From positions 1-63,704 of the forward strand of contig JAGCLZ010000016.1 in assembly GCA_017646685.1 (NCBI GenBank): a stretch of 63,704 nucleotides of DNA, given 5' to 3'. This document shows, piece after piece, positions 47,253 to 56,168 of this stretch (its first letter is position 1; every line of letters starts with the position of its first letter). The notes under the pieces were generated by a model. The model was not told where the DNA came from, searched no databases, and saw only the letters and a list, made by a program, of their open reading frames with translations. Made by a program: the position numbers and the translations under genes. The stretch is from Bacteroidales bacterium (GTDB lineage: Bacteria > Bacteroidota > Bacteroidia > Bacteroidales > P3).

Positions 47253-47972
47253 TTATTTTATAATTATGTAATCTTGTTTTATTGGCTCTTGCCCTGTCAT
47301 TTTTAAAAACAGCTGAGCCACAGTTATAGTATCTTTTTCGCAATATGCGGCGATACGGGCCAAATCCTTGTCGTTCCAATATACAGTAGCTACCTCGCTA
47401 CCGTCTATATCATCCTTTGGCGAAGGTATTCCCATGGTTGTTGCCAGCAGCTCGAGGGAGGTGTAGTGCTTGTAGTCGCCAAATTTCCACATATCCAGCG
47501 TGTCGATATGCGGGTTGTCCCACGATTTTCGGCCCATAAGGTTCATCGTTTTTGGTATCGGCACTCCGTTCACTATCATACGGCGGCAAAGGTATGGGAG
47601 GTCAAACTCTTTTAGGTTGTGGCCGCATAGGCGGCATTCGGCGGTGCCGAAATGTTTTGTTACCAGCTCGGCAAATGCCGAAAGTATCTCTCCCTCGCAG
47701 TGCGAGGTGTAGGATTTGACGTATAGCTTGCCGTCTCTTATAAAAGCTGCCGACACACATACTACTTTGCCAAACTCGGCATATATACCTGCACGCTCGT
47801 AGAGGTCGGCAGGCGAGTTGATGGTGCCACTATTGTCGTAGCGAACAATGGTGGCTGCCTTCTTGTCCCATAGCCGTCGCATACTATCATCGAGGCACTC
47901 GTATCCGGCGCTTTGCGGCACCGTTTCGATGTCCACAAACAGTATGCGTTCGATATTGACGGAGGAATACAT
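47253..47972 (-). CDS. 3'-5' exonuclease (PolB-exonuclease-like, RNase H fold)
   Basis: ExoI motif ILFVDIETVP and ExoII-like CGHNLKEFDLPYL. Confidence 0.7.
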   Translation of the reverse strand: MYSSVNIERILFVDIETVPQSAGYECLDDSMRRLWDKKAATIVRYDNSGTINSPADLYERAGIYAEFGKVVCVSAAFIRDGKLYVKSYTSHCEGEILSAFAELVTKHFGTAECRLCGHNLKEFDLPYLCRRMIVNGVPIPKTMNLMGRKSWDNPHIDTLDMWKFGDYKHYTSLELLATTMGIPSPKDDIDGSEVATVYWNDKDLARIAAYCEKDTITVAQLFLKMTGQEPIKQDYIIIK

Positions 47973-47973
47973 T

Positions 47974-48378
47974 TTATTTTTGCTCCAAAACTTTGTTCAA
48001 CGTTGCTATGATGGTTTCTTTTTGTTGGGTGCCTACCATGCGTGTAACCTCTTTTCCATCTTTGAAAACTATAAGAGCGGGTATTCCTGTAATGCGATAT
48101 TTTCCGGCCACGTTCTTGGCTTTATCCACATCCAGCTTGAGGAATGTAACTTTGCCTTTCATCTCTTTGGCTGCTGCCTCGAACAGTGGAGCTTGCATAA
48201 TACAGGGGCGGCACCAAGTGGCCCAAAAATCAACTATAACAACGCCTTTGGATATACTTGCGTCGAAGGTTTTTTCGGTTATTTCCTTTACCTTGCCGTC
48301 GTTGCCGGCAAACACCATATTGCCCAAGCATAGAAATACCGACAATAGGGCTGTAATGATAAATGTTCTACGTTTCAT
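47974..48378 (-). CDS. Exported thioredoxin
   Basis: Signal/anchor peptide plus the WATWCRPC active site. Confidence 0.85.
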   Translation of the reverse strand: MKRRTFIITALLSVFLCLGNMVFAGNDGKVKEITEKTFDASISKGVVIVDFWATWCRPCIMQAPLFEAAAKEMKGKVTFLKLDVDKAKNVAGKYRITGIPALIVFKDGKEVTRMVGTQQKETIIATLNKVLEQK

Positions 48379-48408
48379 AATATTATTTTTGTCGTTTGTG
48401 TTTTTGTG

Positions 48409-48768
48409 TTATTCTCTTGTTTTTTCTATTTCAACACTTACTGCGGCTAATTGGCCACCTAGTGGCGGATTTAATTTAGACACTTTAACGCTTAGGTGCT
48501 CCACTCCGGCAAATTTGTCAAGCACAGCATTGGCAATACGCTCGCACACATTTTCCAATAGCTTCGATGGTATTGCCATTTCGTGCTTCACTGTTTGGTA
48601 TACCGATAGGTAGTTTACAGTATCGGCCAGCTCGTCGGTAGTTTGGCTCCGCGATGTGTCCACTTCCAGCTCCATATCCACGCAAAAGTGCGTTCCAATG
48701 GCTTGTTCCTCGGCAAAGCAGCCGTGGAAGGCGTAGAAGTTCATTTTTTCTAGTCGTATCTTTGCCAT
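48409..48768 (-). CDS. folB: Dihydroneopterin aldolase
   Basis: 119 aa with a FolB pattern (FYAFHGCFAEEQ.IG, VNYL.VY). Confidence 0.85.
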   Translation of the reverse strand: MAKIRLEKMNFYAFHGCFAEEQAIGTHFCVDMELEVDTSRSQTTDELADTVNYLSVYQTVKHEMAIPSKLLENVCERIANAVLDKFAGVEHLSVKVSKLNPPLGGQLAAVSVEIEKTRE

Positions 48769-48776
48769 AAACCTGC

Positions 48777-49817
48777 CTACAGTATCGCTTCAAATTGTTT
48801 AAGGAATCTCAAATCGTTCTCGAAGTATAGTCGTAGGTCGCGTATTTGATATTTGAGCATAGCCATACGTTCCACGCCCATACCAAAAGCAAAACCCGAA
48901 TACTCCTTGCTGTCGATACCGCTAGCCTCAAGAACATTGGGATCCACCATTCCGCAACCCAATATCTCCAGCCATCCTGTATGTTTGCAGATGTTGCAAC
49001 CTTTTCCGCCGCAGATGTTGCACGAAATATCCATCTCGGCCGACGGTTCGGTGAATGGGAAATACGAAGGGCGCAGGCGTATTTGTGTGTCTTCGCCAAA
49101 CATTTCTTTGGCAAAGTATAGTAGAGTTTGTTTAAGGTCGGCAAACGACACTTTCTTATCGATGTATAATCCTTCTACCTGGTGGAAAATGCAGTGAGCT
49201 CGGGCAGAGATAGCTTCGTTGCGGAACACACGTCCGGGAGCTATAATTCTTATTGGCGGTTGAGCCTTTTCCATCACTCGTACCTGCACCGATGAGGTGT
49301 GGGTGCGTAGTGCTACATCGCCATGTTTGCCTTCTTTTTCTATAAAGAAGGTGTCCTGCATATCTCGTGCCGGATGTTCGGGCGGAAAGTTGAGTGCCGA
49401 AAATATATGCCAGTCATCTTCTATTTCCGGGGCTTCTGCTACGGTGAAACCTATGCGGGCAAAAATGTCTATAATCTCGTTTTGCACCACCGAAAGGACG
49501 TGGCGGCTACCAATCTCGGCAAAGTCGGTAGGCATAGTCAAGTCCATATCGCCGCTGTCGTCGCTTTGTTCTTCCACAAAGGCTTTAAATTCTTCTATTT
49601 TGGCTTGTGCTGCGTTTTTCAGCTGGTTTAGCAGTTGTCCCATCTCGCGTTTTTGGTCGTTTGGTATGGTTTTGAACGTTTCAAAAAGGTCGTTCATCAC
49701 ACCTTTCTTGCCCAAAAACTTTATGCGGAACTGTTCTATTCCTTCAATCTTGTTGGGAAAACCATCAATAGTGGTCTCGTTTATTTCTTTTAAGTAGTTC
49801 TCTATTTTTTCTTTCAT
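48777..49817 (-). CDS. pheS: Phenylalanine--tRNA ligase alpha subunit
   Basis: 346 aa with class II motifs (HPARDMQDTF, FRNE, GFAFGMGVERMAM). Confidence 0.95.
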   Translation of the reverse strand: MKEKIENYLKEINETTIDGFPNKIEGIEQFRIKFLGKKGVMNDLFETFKTIPNDQKREMGQLLNQLKNAAQAKIEEFKAFVEEQSDDSGDMDLTMPTDFAEIGSRHVLSVVQNEIIDIFARIGFTVAEAPEIEDDWHIFSALNFPPEHPARDMQDTFFIEKEGKHGDVALRTHTSSVQVRVMEKAQPPIRIIAPGRVFRNEAISARAHCIFHQVEGLYIDKKVSFADLKQTLLYFAKEMFGEDTQIRLRPSYFPFTEPSAEMDISCNICGGKGCNICKHTGWLEILGCGMVDPNVLEASGIDSKEYSGFAFGMGVERMAMLKYQIRDLRLYFENDLRFLKQFEAIL

Positions 49818-49886
49818 CTATCGGTATTGTTATTATCTGTTACAAAAAATATTTGTTGCTTCGTAAAAGTTATAATAACGGAGTTT

Positions 49887-50582
49887 TTATTCTTCTATTA
49901 CGCTTATCTTCATTTTTACGTCAACAACGGGGCGATTGTTGCGGTCGCATTCTACAGCGGCAATCTTGTCGATAACTTCTAGGCCTTCCACTACTTCGCC
50001 AAACACAGTGTAGTCGTTGTCCAAGAAGGGGGTTCCGCCAATGGTCTTGTAGGTTTCAATTTGTTCGGGGGTGTACTCTACAGTGCTTTTACGTTGCATT
50101 TGCATCATCTTAAGCTGTTGTTCGTTGTACTTTTGGCCATGTACAATGTAGAACTGCGATCCCGACGATTCTTTCTTGGGGTTTACGGCATCGCCTTGCC
50201 TTGCTGCTGCCAAAGCACCTTTCTTGTGATAGCGGTGAGGTACAAATTCGGCCGGAATAGTGTATCCCGGGCTGCCGTTGCCAAGCATCTGGCCGGGCTT
50301 TGCATTTTTCGATTTTGGGTCGCCTCCTTGTATCATAAAATTGTTGATCACACGATGGAATAATAAATCGTCAAAAAATCCATTTTTTACTAGCTTAATG
50401 AAGTTTTCTTTGTGCAAAGGAGTGTCATTATACAGCAAAATCTTCATTTTTCCATACGAAGTTTCAACTAAAACGTATGTTTTTTTTTCTTTTCTTACGG
50501 TTTGACTATTAGCATTTTGTGTAAAAGAAAAAAAGAAAACCATTAAAAAAAATGCTAAAAATGTCAGTTTTTTTCTATTCAT
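49887..50582 (-). CDS. Cyclophilin-type peptidyl-prolyl isomerase (exported)
   Basis: FHRVINNFMIQGGD motif. Start MNRKK at 50582 is supported by the -7 box at 50605-50612. Confidence 0.9.
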   Translation of the reverse strand: MNRKKLTFLAFFLMVFFFSFTQNANSQTVRKEKKTYVLVETSYGKMKILLYNDTPLHKENFIKLVKNGFFDDLLFHRVINNFMIQGGDPKSKNAKPGQMLGNGSPGYTIPAEFVPHRYHKKGALAAARQGDAVNPKKESSGSQFYIVHGQKYNEQQLKMMQMQRKSTVEYTPEQIETYKTIGGTPFLDNDYTVFGEVVEGLEVIDKIAAVECDRNNRPVVDVKMKISVIEE

Positions 50583-50596
50583 ATCTATAAAAATAT

Positions 50597-50612
50597 TATT
50601 TTTGCAAAAGTA
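50597..50612. promoter_or_regulatory. Back-to-back divergent -7 boxes (TAttTTTG on plus, TActTTTG on minus)
   Basis: tatttttgcaaaagta serves the gene at 50654 (+) and the PPIase gene (-). Confidence 0.5.
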
Positions 50613-50653
50613 AATCAAATAATTCAATTGTGTAACAATAAAAATAACTTTTA

Positions 50654-51058
50654 ATGATGAAAAAACCCGTTTTAGTAGTTAGTTTGTTGATAATAATGAT
50701 TTTATCAGTGAATATTTTTATTTCTTGCGATAAGGATACTGATTGCACTATTTTGGTAACTGTTATCGATGGTCAAACCCAAAAAATTGTTCCTGGTGCT
50801 AATGTTTATTTTGGCAAGGATAGTAGCGACTACAATGTAACCGGACTTACCGACTCAAAGGGTCAGTTTGTTCATACTTATAAGAGTCCTGCTATCTATG
50901 ATATGGAAGCTTCGATAGATTATCAAGCCAAGATAGATGAAACTTATTATTGGGCTATTCATAAAGAAGGACACAATAGTTTCCGTCTGAGAGAAGGCGA
51001 TACAATAAAAAGAGATTTGATACTTACGCAATCAGATTCTATAAAGAAACTATATTAA
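50654..51058 (+). CDS. Lipoprotein with a carboxypeptidase-regulatory-like beta-sandwich segment (hypothetical)
   Basis: Lipobox FISC, then ILVTVIDGQTQKIVPGANVYFG. Confidence 0.5.
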   Translation: MMKKPVLVVSLLIIMILSVNIFISCDKDTDCTILVTVIDGQTQKIVPGANVYFGKDSSDYNVTGLTDSKGQFVHTYKSPAIYDMEASIDYQAKIDETYYWAIHKEGHNSFRLREGDTIKRDLILTQSDSIKKLY

Positions 51059-51077
51059 TAAACTAGTATTCGTAGTA

Positions 51078-52637
51078 ATGTCTGAAATTAAATTTTCCTC
51101 AAAGGATTTGAGACATATGGAGTTGTTAGGTCTGACCAAGGATGTTGTTCTTGGTCAGATTTCTAATTTTAAACATGGTTTTCCGGCCATAGTGTTGGAT
51201 TCGCCGGCAACTATTGACAATAAAGGTATATTTCGTTTTTCCAAAGAGCAGGAGGATTTTTATATTCGTTACTATGATGAACAGTCTGTTGGTAAAAATA
51301 TACTTAAGTTTGTACCTGCATCTGGTGCGGCAACTCGTATGTTTAAGGATTTGTATAGTTTTACATCGGTTTATCATGGCGAGGCTTCTACTATAGGCGA
51401 AGAATTTCCTACAGTAAAAGTTTTTCTGGATAATCTAGAGCGTTTTGCTTTTTACGATGATCTTGTAGCCGTAATGTCAAACTCGGGTATGAGTATGTCA
51501 GACTATATAAATCGTGCCGATTATAGTTCTATTATCAATTGCTTATTGGGCAAACAAATGGGTTACGGAATGCTACCTAAGGCATTACTCAAGTTTCATA
51601 AATATACTGATGGTGCTCGCACTGCATTGTCGGAACATTTTACCGAGGCATATCGCTATGCACGTTCCAAAGACGGAGAGGCATATTTGCACTTTACAGT
51701 GTCGCCCGAACATAAAGTCAAATTTAGACAAGAGATAGCTAATATACGTAAATACTTTTCCGGTATATCTGATATCAAATTTCATATTAGGCTTACAGAG
51801 CAACTGCATTGTACAGACATTATTGCCGTGGACGAGTACAATGTTCCTATTCGTGATGATGATGGTAAATTGGTATTCCGTCCGGGTGGTCATGGGGCTC
51901 TTATCAATAATCTTAGTGAGTGTCATGCCGATGTTATATTTATAAAGAATATTGATAATGTTGTTCCCGACGATCCTCGTGATAAGGATTATCAAACCAC
52001 TACCGTGCGTTACAAGAAATTGTTGGGAGGAGTGTTGTTGTATCTTCAACGTAGGATATTCGAAATAGTATCGTTGCTAAAGACGCGAAAGCCTACCGAT
52101 GAAGAACTTGCCAATATCGAAGACTTTATGCAAAACAGCTTGTGTATTGATCTTTCGCGAGCCAAAGCTGCATCATTCAACGATAGGATAAATCTTTTGC
52201 TCGCCAAACTAGACCGTCCTATACGCGTGTGTGGTATGGTTAAGAATGAAGGTGAGCCCGGTGGAGGTCCGTTTTGGGTTATTAATGGTGATGGTACAAA
52301 GAGTTTACAGATAGTAGAAAGTTCACAAGTAAACAGAAAAAATGTAAACCAAGAAGCTATATTGTCGCAATCCACACATTTTAATCCTGTTGACTTGGTT
52401 TGTGGAATACGTAAGTATAATGGTCGTTATTTTGATCTTTCCAATTATATTGATCATACTACGGGTTTTATAACTAAAAAGACCATAGGACCTAAGGTGG
52501 TAAAGTCGCAAGAACTGCCGGGATTATGGAATGGAAGTATGGCTGATTGGACTACTGTGTTTGTCGAAGTACCGTTGGCAACTTTTAATCCGGTAAAAAC
52601 GGTCAACGACCTTTTACGTAAAGAACATTTTATGTAA
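51078..52637 (+). CDS. DUF4301-like protein (nucleotidyltransferase-like fold guess)
   Basis: 519 aa. KFVPASGAATRMFK near the N-terminus and GGHGAL in the middle. The family label is from memory. Confidence 0.55.
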   Translation: MSEIKFSSKDLRHMELLGLTKDVVLGQISNFKHGFPAIVLDSPATIDNKGIFRFSKEQEDFYIRYYDEQSVGKNILKFVPASGAATRMFKDLYSFTSVYHGEASTIGEEFPTVKVFLDNLERFAFYDDLVAVMSNSGMSMSDYINRADYSSIINCLLGKQMGYGMLPKALLKFHKYTDGARTALSEHFTEAYRYARSKDGEAYLHFTVSPEHKVKFRQEIANIRKYFSGISDIKFHIRLTEQLHCTDIIAVDEYNVPIRDDDGKLVFRPGGHGALINNLSECHADVIFIKNIDNVVPDDPRDKDYQTTTVRYKKLLGGVLLYLQRRIFEIVSLLKTRKPTDEELANIEDFMQNSLCIDLSRAKAASFNDRINLLLAKLDRPIRVCGMVKNEGEPGGGPFWVINGDGTKSLQIVESSQVNRKNVNQEAILSQSTHFNPVDLVCGIRKYNGRYFDLSNYIDHTTGFITKKTIGPKVVKSQELPGLWNGSMADWTTVFVEVPLATFNPVKTVNDLLRKEHFM

Positions 52638-52659
52638 TAAAAATATTACAACTGGAGAT

Positions 52660-52706
52660 AAACAAAAGACTAAGGAATAATACTATCCCTTGGTCTTTTG
52701 TTTCTT
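52660..52706 (+). terminator. Terminator after the DUF4301-like gene
   Basis: aaacaaaagactaagg / ccttggtcttttgttt 16-bp stem. Confidence 0.7.
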
Positions 52707-52816
52707 GTTATGGTGCATTAATACTAAATAGACTGTCGAAGAAATTGTATTTCTGGAAATAATTTCTTTTATTTAACACATATTTTGTATACCGATAAGC
52801 GAAAAACAATGTCATA

Positions 52817-53395
52817 TTGAATATGGATCAGAATATTCGAAACTTGATAAATAAGTGTATTGAAGGCGATAGGAATGCTCAGCGGGTTTTGTACGAAAAG
52901 TATAAAGGCCGTTTCTACGCATTGTGTTTGCGTTATGCTTCCAATACCGATGAAGCTCAGGATATTATGATCGAGGCGTTTATGAAAGTCTTTAACTCGC
53001 TTAAAAATTATCGTGGCGATGGCGAATTTGAAGGATGGTTATATCGCATATTTGCAAATCATGCTATAAGTTATGTGTGTCGGAGCAAAAAAGATGTACT
53101 CTCGCCCAAAACCAAGGAGGATATAGCCGAGAATACATTGTTGGAAAAAACTACAGCTTTTAATGATGATACAAGAGATGCTTTACTGCGATATCTTCAG
53201 TGTCTCAACGTAAGAGAACGTACAGTGTTCAATATGATAGCTATAGAGGAGTATACTTTTGCCGAGGCTGCTGAAGAGTTGCATGTAAAAAAAACGGTGG
53301 TGAAGACCTATTTCTACAGAGCACGAGCGTCGTTACAGATAATGTTGAAGAAAAACGAAAAAGAATTATTGAAAGAATATAATATAGACAAATGA
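52817..53395 (+). CDS. ECF-type RNA polymerase sigma-70 factor
   Basis: Region 2 (DEAQDIMIEAFMKVF..L..YRG...F..WLYRI..N) and a region 4 HTH (TFAEAAEELHVKKTVVKTYFYRAR). Confidence 0.85.
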   Translation: MNMDQNIRNLINKCIEGDRNAQRVLYEKYKGRFYALCLRYASNTDEAQDIMIEAFMKVFNSLKNYRGDGEFEGWLYRIFANHAISYVCRSKKDVLSPKTKEDIAENTLLEKTTAFNDDTRDALLRYLQCLNVRERTVFNMIAIEEYTFAEAAEELHVKKTVVKTYFYRARASLQIMLKKNEKELLKEYNIDK

Positions 53396-54333
53396 TGAAA
53401 GATATAGATGAATTGTACAAAGAAATGTTGCAAAGTTCTGAGATAACACCTCCGGACGGCTTGTGGGATAAACTATCAGCTAGATTGTCGGTTGAGGCAT
53501 CTACAACTGCCAATGCCGATAGTTCGTTGTCGCACACCATTTCATCATCGGTCGAAGGTGGTGCCAAAGTTGCAACCAAAATAGCCACATGGAAGGTAAC
53601 TGCCATAGCAGTGGTGGTAGGTGCTTCGGTAGCTACAGCTACAATAATATCTCTAGGCAGTGATGATAACAATGCTGTACGCCAACAGATGAATAAAGCT
53701 ACCGAAACCGTACTTCCGCTAGATATCGATACGGTTACTACAGATATATTTTCGACATCAACACTTGACAACAACAAAGTACATAAAACAAACACCGAAG
53801 TATACGATAATGGTACATTGCCTATTCAACCATCGGAACAACCATCGGTTGATATCAACAATGTGGCAACAATCATTCAAGACACTTCTATGCAGGCTGT
53901 GGAACAGCTATCGTCTGATACCAATTATGCTGTAGATGAAAATAAAGATCCTGATACGATGGTTTCTACTGTAGTTTATGAAGAACCCGCTGTTCAAGAC
54001 TTGGTGATGAAAGATACGGAGATGATGCTGAACATAGATTCGTTGAAAAATGTATTGCAAGAAATAAGAGAGTCGGTAAATATAATTATTCCAAATATTA
54101 TAACACCCAATTACGACAGCTACAATGATTGTTGGAAGATAGTGGGAATAGAGGATTACTATAATGTACATGTTGTAGTAGCAACACGTACGGGTATGAT
54201 AATATATGAGAATAAACGGTATGATAATTCGTGGTGTCCGACCGATATACCCGACGGAACTTATTTCTATGCTATAACTATAATATCACATAACTACCAT
54301 AAGAAAGGTGTGATAGAGATTAGAAGTAAATAA
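53392..54333 (+). CDS. Single-pass membrane protein (anti-sigma position) ending in a T9SS type B (gliding-motility C-terminal) sorting domain
   Basis: ATGA overlap with the sigma gene. TM WKVTAIAVVVGASVATATIISL. C-terminus IPNIITPNYDSYNDCWKI..PDGTYFYAI..KKGVIEIR. Confidence 0.75.
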   Translation: MMKDIDELYKEMLQSSEITPPDGLWDKLSARLSVEASTTANADSSLSHTISSSVEGGAKVATKIATWKVTAIAVVVGASVATATIISLGSDDNNAVRQQMNKATETVLPLDIDTVTTDIFSTSTLDNNKVHKTNTEVYDNGTLPIQPSEQPSVDINNVATIIQDTSMQAVEQLSSDTNYAVDENKDPDTMVSTVVYEEPAVQDLVMKDTEMMLNIDSLKNVLQEIRESVNIIIPNIITPNYDSYNDCWKIVGIEDYYNVHVVVATRTGMIIYENKRYDNSWCPTDIPDGTYFYAITIISHNYHKKGVIEIRSK

Positions 54334-54409
54334 ATTTTAGGCATAATGCACAATTCGTTATAGAAACTATAAAATTATGCTATTATGAATTGTGCATTTA
54401 AAAAAATCG

Positions 54410-54417
54410 TATCTTTG
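54410..54417 (+). promoter_or_regulatory. -7 box TAtcTTTG upstream of the pseudouridine synthase gene
   Basis: tatctttgcaattc lies 22 nt upstream of the first ATG (54439). The true start may be a downstream Met. Confidence 0.45.
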
Positions 54418-54438
54418 CAATTCAAAAACGGATAAAAC

Positions 54439-55326
54439 ATGAATACATCAAACACAAGGCAAGAGCATAAAGGCGTGCGCTTTATGGTAAAAGAGAATTG
54501 TGAACTTATGATATTTCTTATGACCAAAATGTCGGGCATAAGTCGTACTAAAGTAAAAAACATGCTTTCGAATGGATTAGTATGGGTCGACGACGAAGTG
54601 GTAAGCCAATATAATTTTATGCTTCAACCCGGCATGCAGGTGCGTATAGGTAAAAAAGAGGAAAAACGAAAATTTACCAGCAAATGGATGCGTATAGTTT
54701 TTGAAGACAAATACATAGTAGTGGTTGAAAAACGTGAAGGCATAGTTACCAATAGTCCTACCGACGAAGTGTCGATACAAAGAGTGCTCAACAATTACTT
54801 CGAATTTACGCGTCAACGTTGTCGTGCACACACAGTGCATAGATTGGACAAGCACACCTCGGGATTGCTCATTTTTGCTAAAGACAAAAAGATAAGTTTT
54901 ATGTTTGAAAAGAATTGGAAAGATATTATATCCGACCGCAGGTACGTGGCAGTAGTCGAGGGATTTATGGAAAAAGAATATGGTACTGTGGAATCGTATT
55001 TGAAAGATAACAGAATGTTTGTGTCATATTCGTCCGATACCGATGACGGTGGAAAACATGCTATCACCCACTATAAAACATTGAAACGCAAACCTGACTT
55101 TTCGTTAGTGGAGTTACGCTTGGAGACAGGTCGCAAAAACCAGATACGTGTTCACATGCACGACCTTAAACATCCAATTGTAGGCGACGAAAAGTATGGC
55201 AGTACATCCGATCCTATAAAGCGTGTGGCACTTCATGCCTATAAGCTATCATTTACACATCCAATAACTAACGAAGAATTGAGTTTTGAAACTCCTATAC
55301 CAACTAATTTTATGCAATTGCTTTAA
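54439..55326 (+). CDS. RluA-family pseudouridine synthase with an S4-like N-terminal domain
   Basis: Catalytic HRLDKHTSGLL and GRKNQIRVH. Confidence 0.85.
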   Translation: MNTSNTRQEHKGVRFMVKENCELMIFLMTKMSGISRTKVKNMLSNGLVWVDDEVVSQYNFMLQPGMQVRIGKKEEKRKFTSKWMRIVFEDKYIVVVEKREGIVTNSPTDEVSIQRVLNNYFEFTRQRCRAHTVHRLDKHTSGLLIFAKDKKISFMFEKNWKDIISDRRYVAVVEGFMEKEYGTVESYLKDNRMFVSYSSDTDDGGKHAITHYKTLKRKPDFSLVELRLETGRKNQIRVHMHDLKHPIVGDEKYGSTSDPIKRVALHAYKLSFTHPITNEELSFETPIPTNFMQLL

Positions 55327-55397
55327 CTCACCTGCTCCTATAGCTAAAACTCTGATAAGTTTCAATAAGGAGTATATGTCTTTTTTGGGGGGTAAAA

Positions 55398-55442
55398 ACA
55401 GCTTTTCTCACCTTTCGATAAAGGGGAAAAGCTGTCTTTTTT
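55398..55442 (+). terminator. Terminator after the pseudouridine synthase gene
   Basis: aacagcttttc...ggaaaagctgt stem followed by ctttttt. Confidence 0.7.
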
Positions 55443-55551
55443 CATGAAAATATTTTGAAGGATCGCTACAAAATTTCACTGGAAGTATTTTATACTTATA
55501 TAATACGATTATGATAGTAATAAAAACTATCAACACGGTTGCGAAACATAC

Positions 55552-55619
55552 AAAAAGTATAACTTTTAGGGGTAAAAAGTTATACTTTTTAGGGTAAAAA
55601 ATATAACTTTTTGAGGTGT
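55552..55619 (+). repeat. Three tandem 22-bp units (A5-phased)
   Basis: aaaaagtataacttttaggggt / aaaaagttatactttttagggt / aaaaaatataactttttgaggtgt. Confidence 0.85.
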
Positions 55620-55657
55620 AAGCGACCGTCTTACCAAATTTACCGACCGTATTGCTA

Positions 55658-55964
55658 CCTTTACCCACCGCCAAACCGCTTTCCGAAATCCCTTGCAATG
55701 GGTTTGCATTTACAGAGAAACACCCTCTGAGATGTATTACTTCTATCGTGAGATGTATTACTTCTCGTATAAGATGTATTACTTCTCAAAACCACCATAA
55801 CCGACAACTTGATATCACTGCCACGAAAAAAATGCTGTACATAAGTATGCGGCTGTTTCGGGCTATGCGGTTTGGCATTCGTAAGTGTGCGGTTTAGGGG
55901 TCGTAACTATGGCAGTTTTGAGGTGTAAATGCCGTAGTTTTGGGTCGTAAACCGCAGGGTTTTG
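55658..55964 (+). repeat. ~300-bp repeat, family B, left copy (contains a 3x ~21-bp gagatgtattacttct module and GTTTT-phased 22-mers)
   Basis: Aligns by eye with 59553-59837. Shared runs include ccaccgccaaaccgctttcc, aaaatgctgtacataagtatg and gttttgggtcgtaaaccgca. Confidence 0.85.
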
Positions 55965-56103
55965 ATAGATAACTGTGGTATATAAAAAAGCCGAAGCATT
56001 AGCTATTTCGAGCGGTAGCAACATCGAAAAAAATCAGCATTTCAAAAATCACATGTAAAACCATTTTTAGAAGTTATCTATAGTAAATACTATGGTTTAC
56101 ATA

Positions 56104-56134
56104 TAAAAAGACACTGCTTCAAAAACAGTGTCTT
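56104..56134 (-). terminator. Terminator after the T9SS cargo gene
   Basis: agacactg / cagtgtct stem with a T-run on the minus strand. Confidence 0.6.
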
Positions 56135-56168
56135 CAAAAAAATCTTTCAATGAAAAAAACAATGTATT

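Noticed and set aside
55652-55897. ORF 55652..55897 and its look-alike 59622..59861, which share a peptide (...QLDITATKKMLYISMRLFRAMRFG...).
   Set aside because: The similarity is simply DNA repeat family B read in one frame. The differences between copies are not biased to synonymous positions (for example R to W). The frames start and end inside the repeat, and there is no promoter or RBS context. I treat them as non-coding, though a tiny conserved peptide cannot be strictly excluded.
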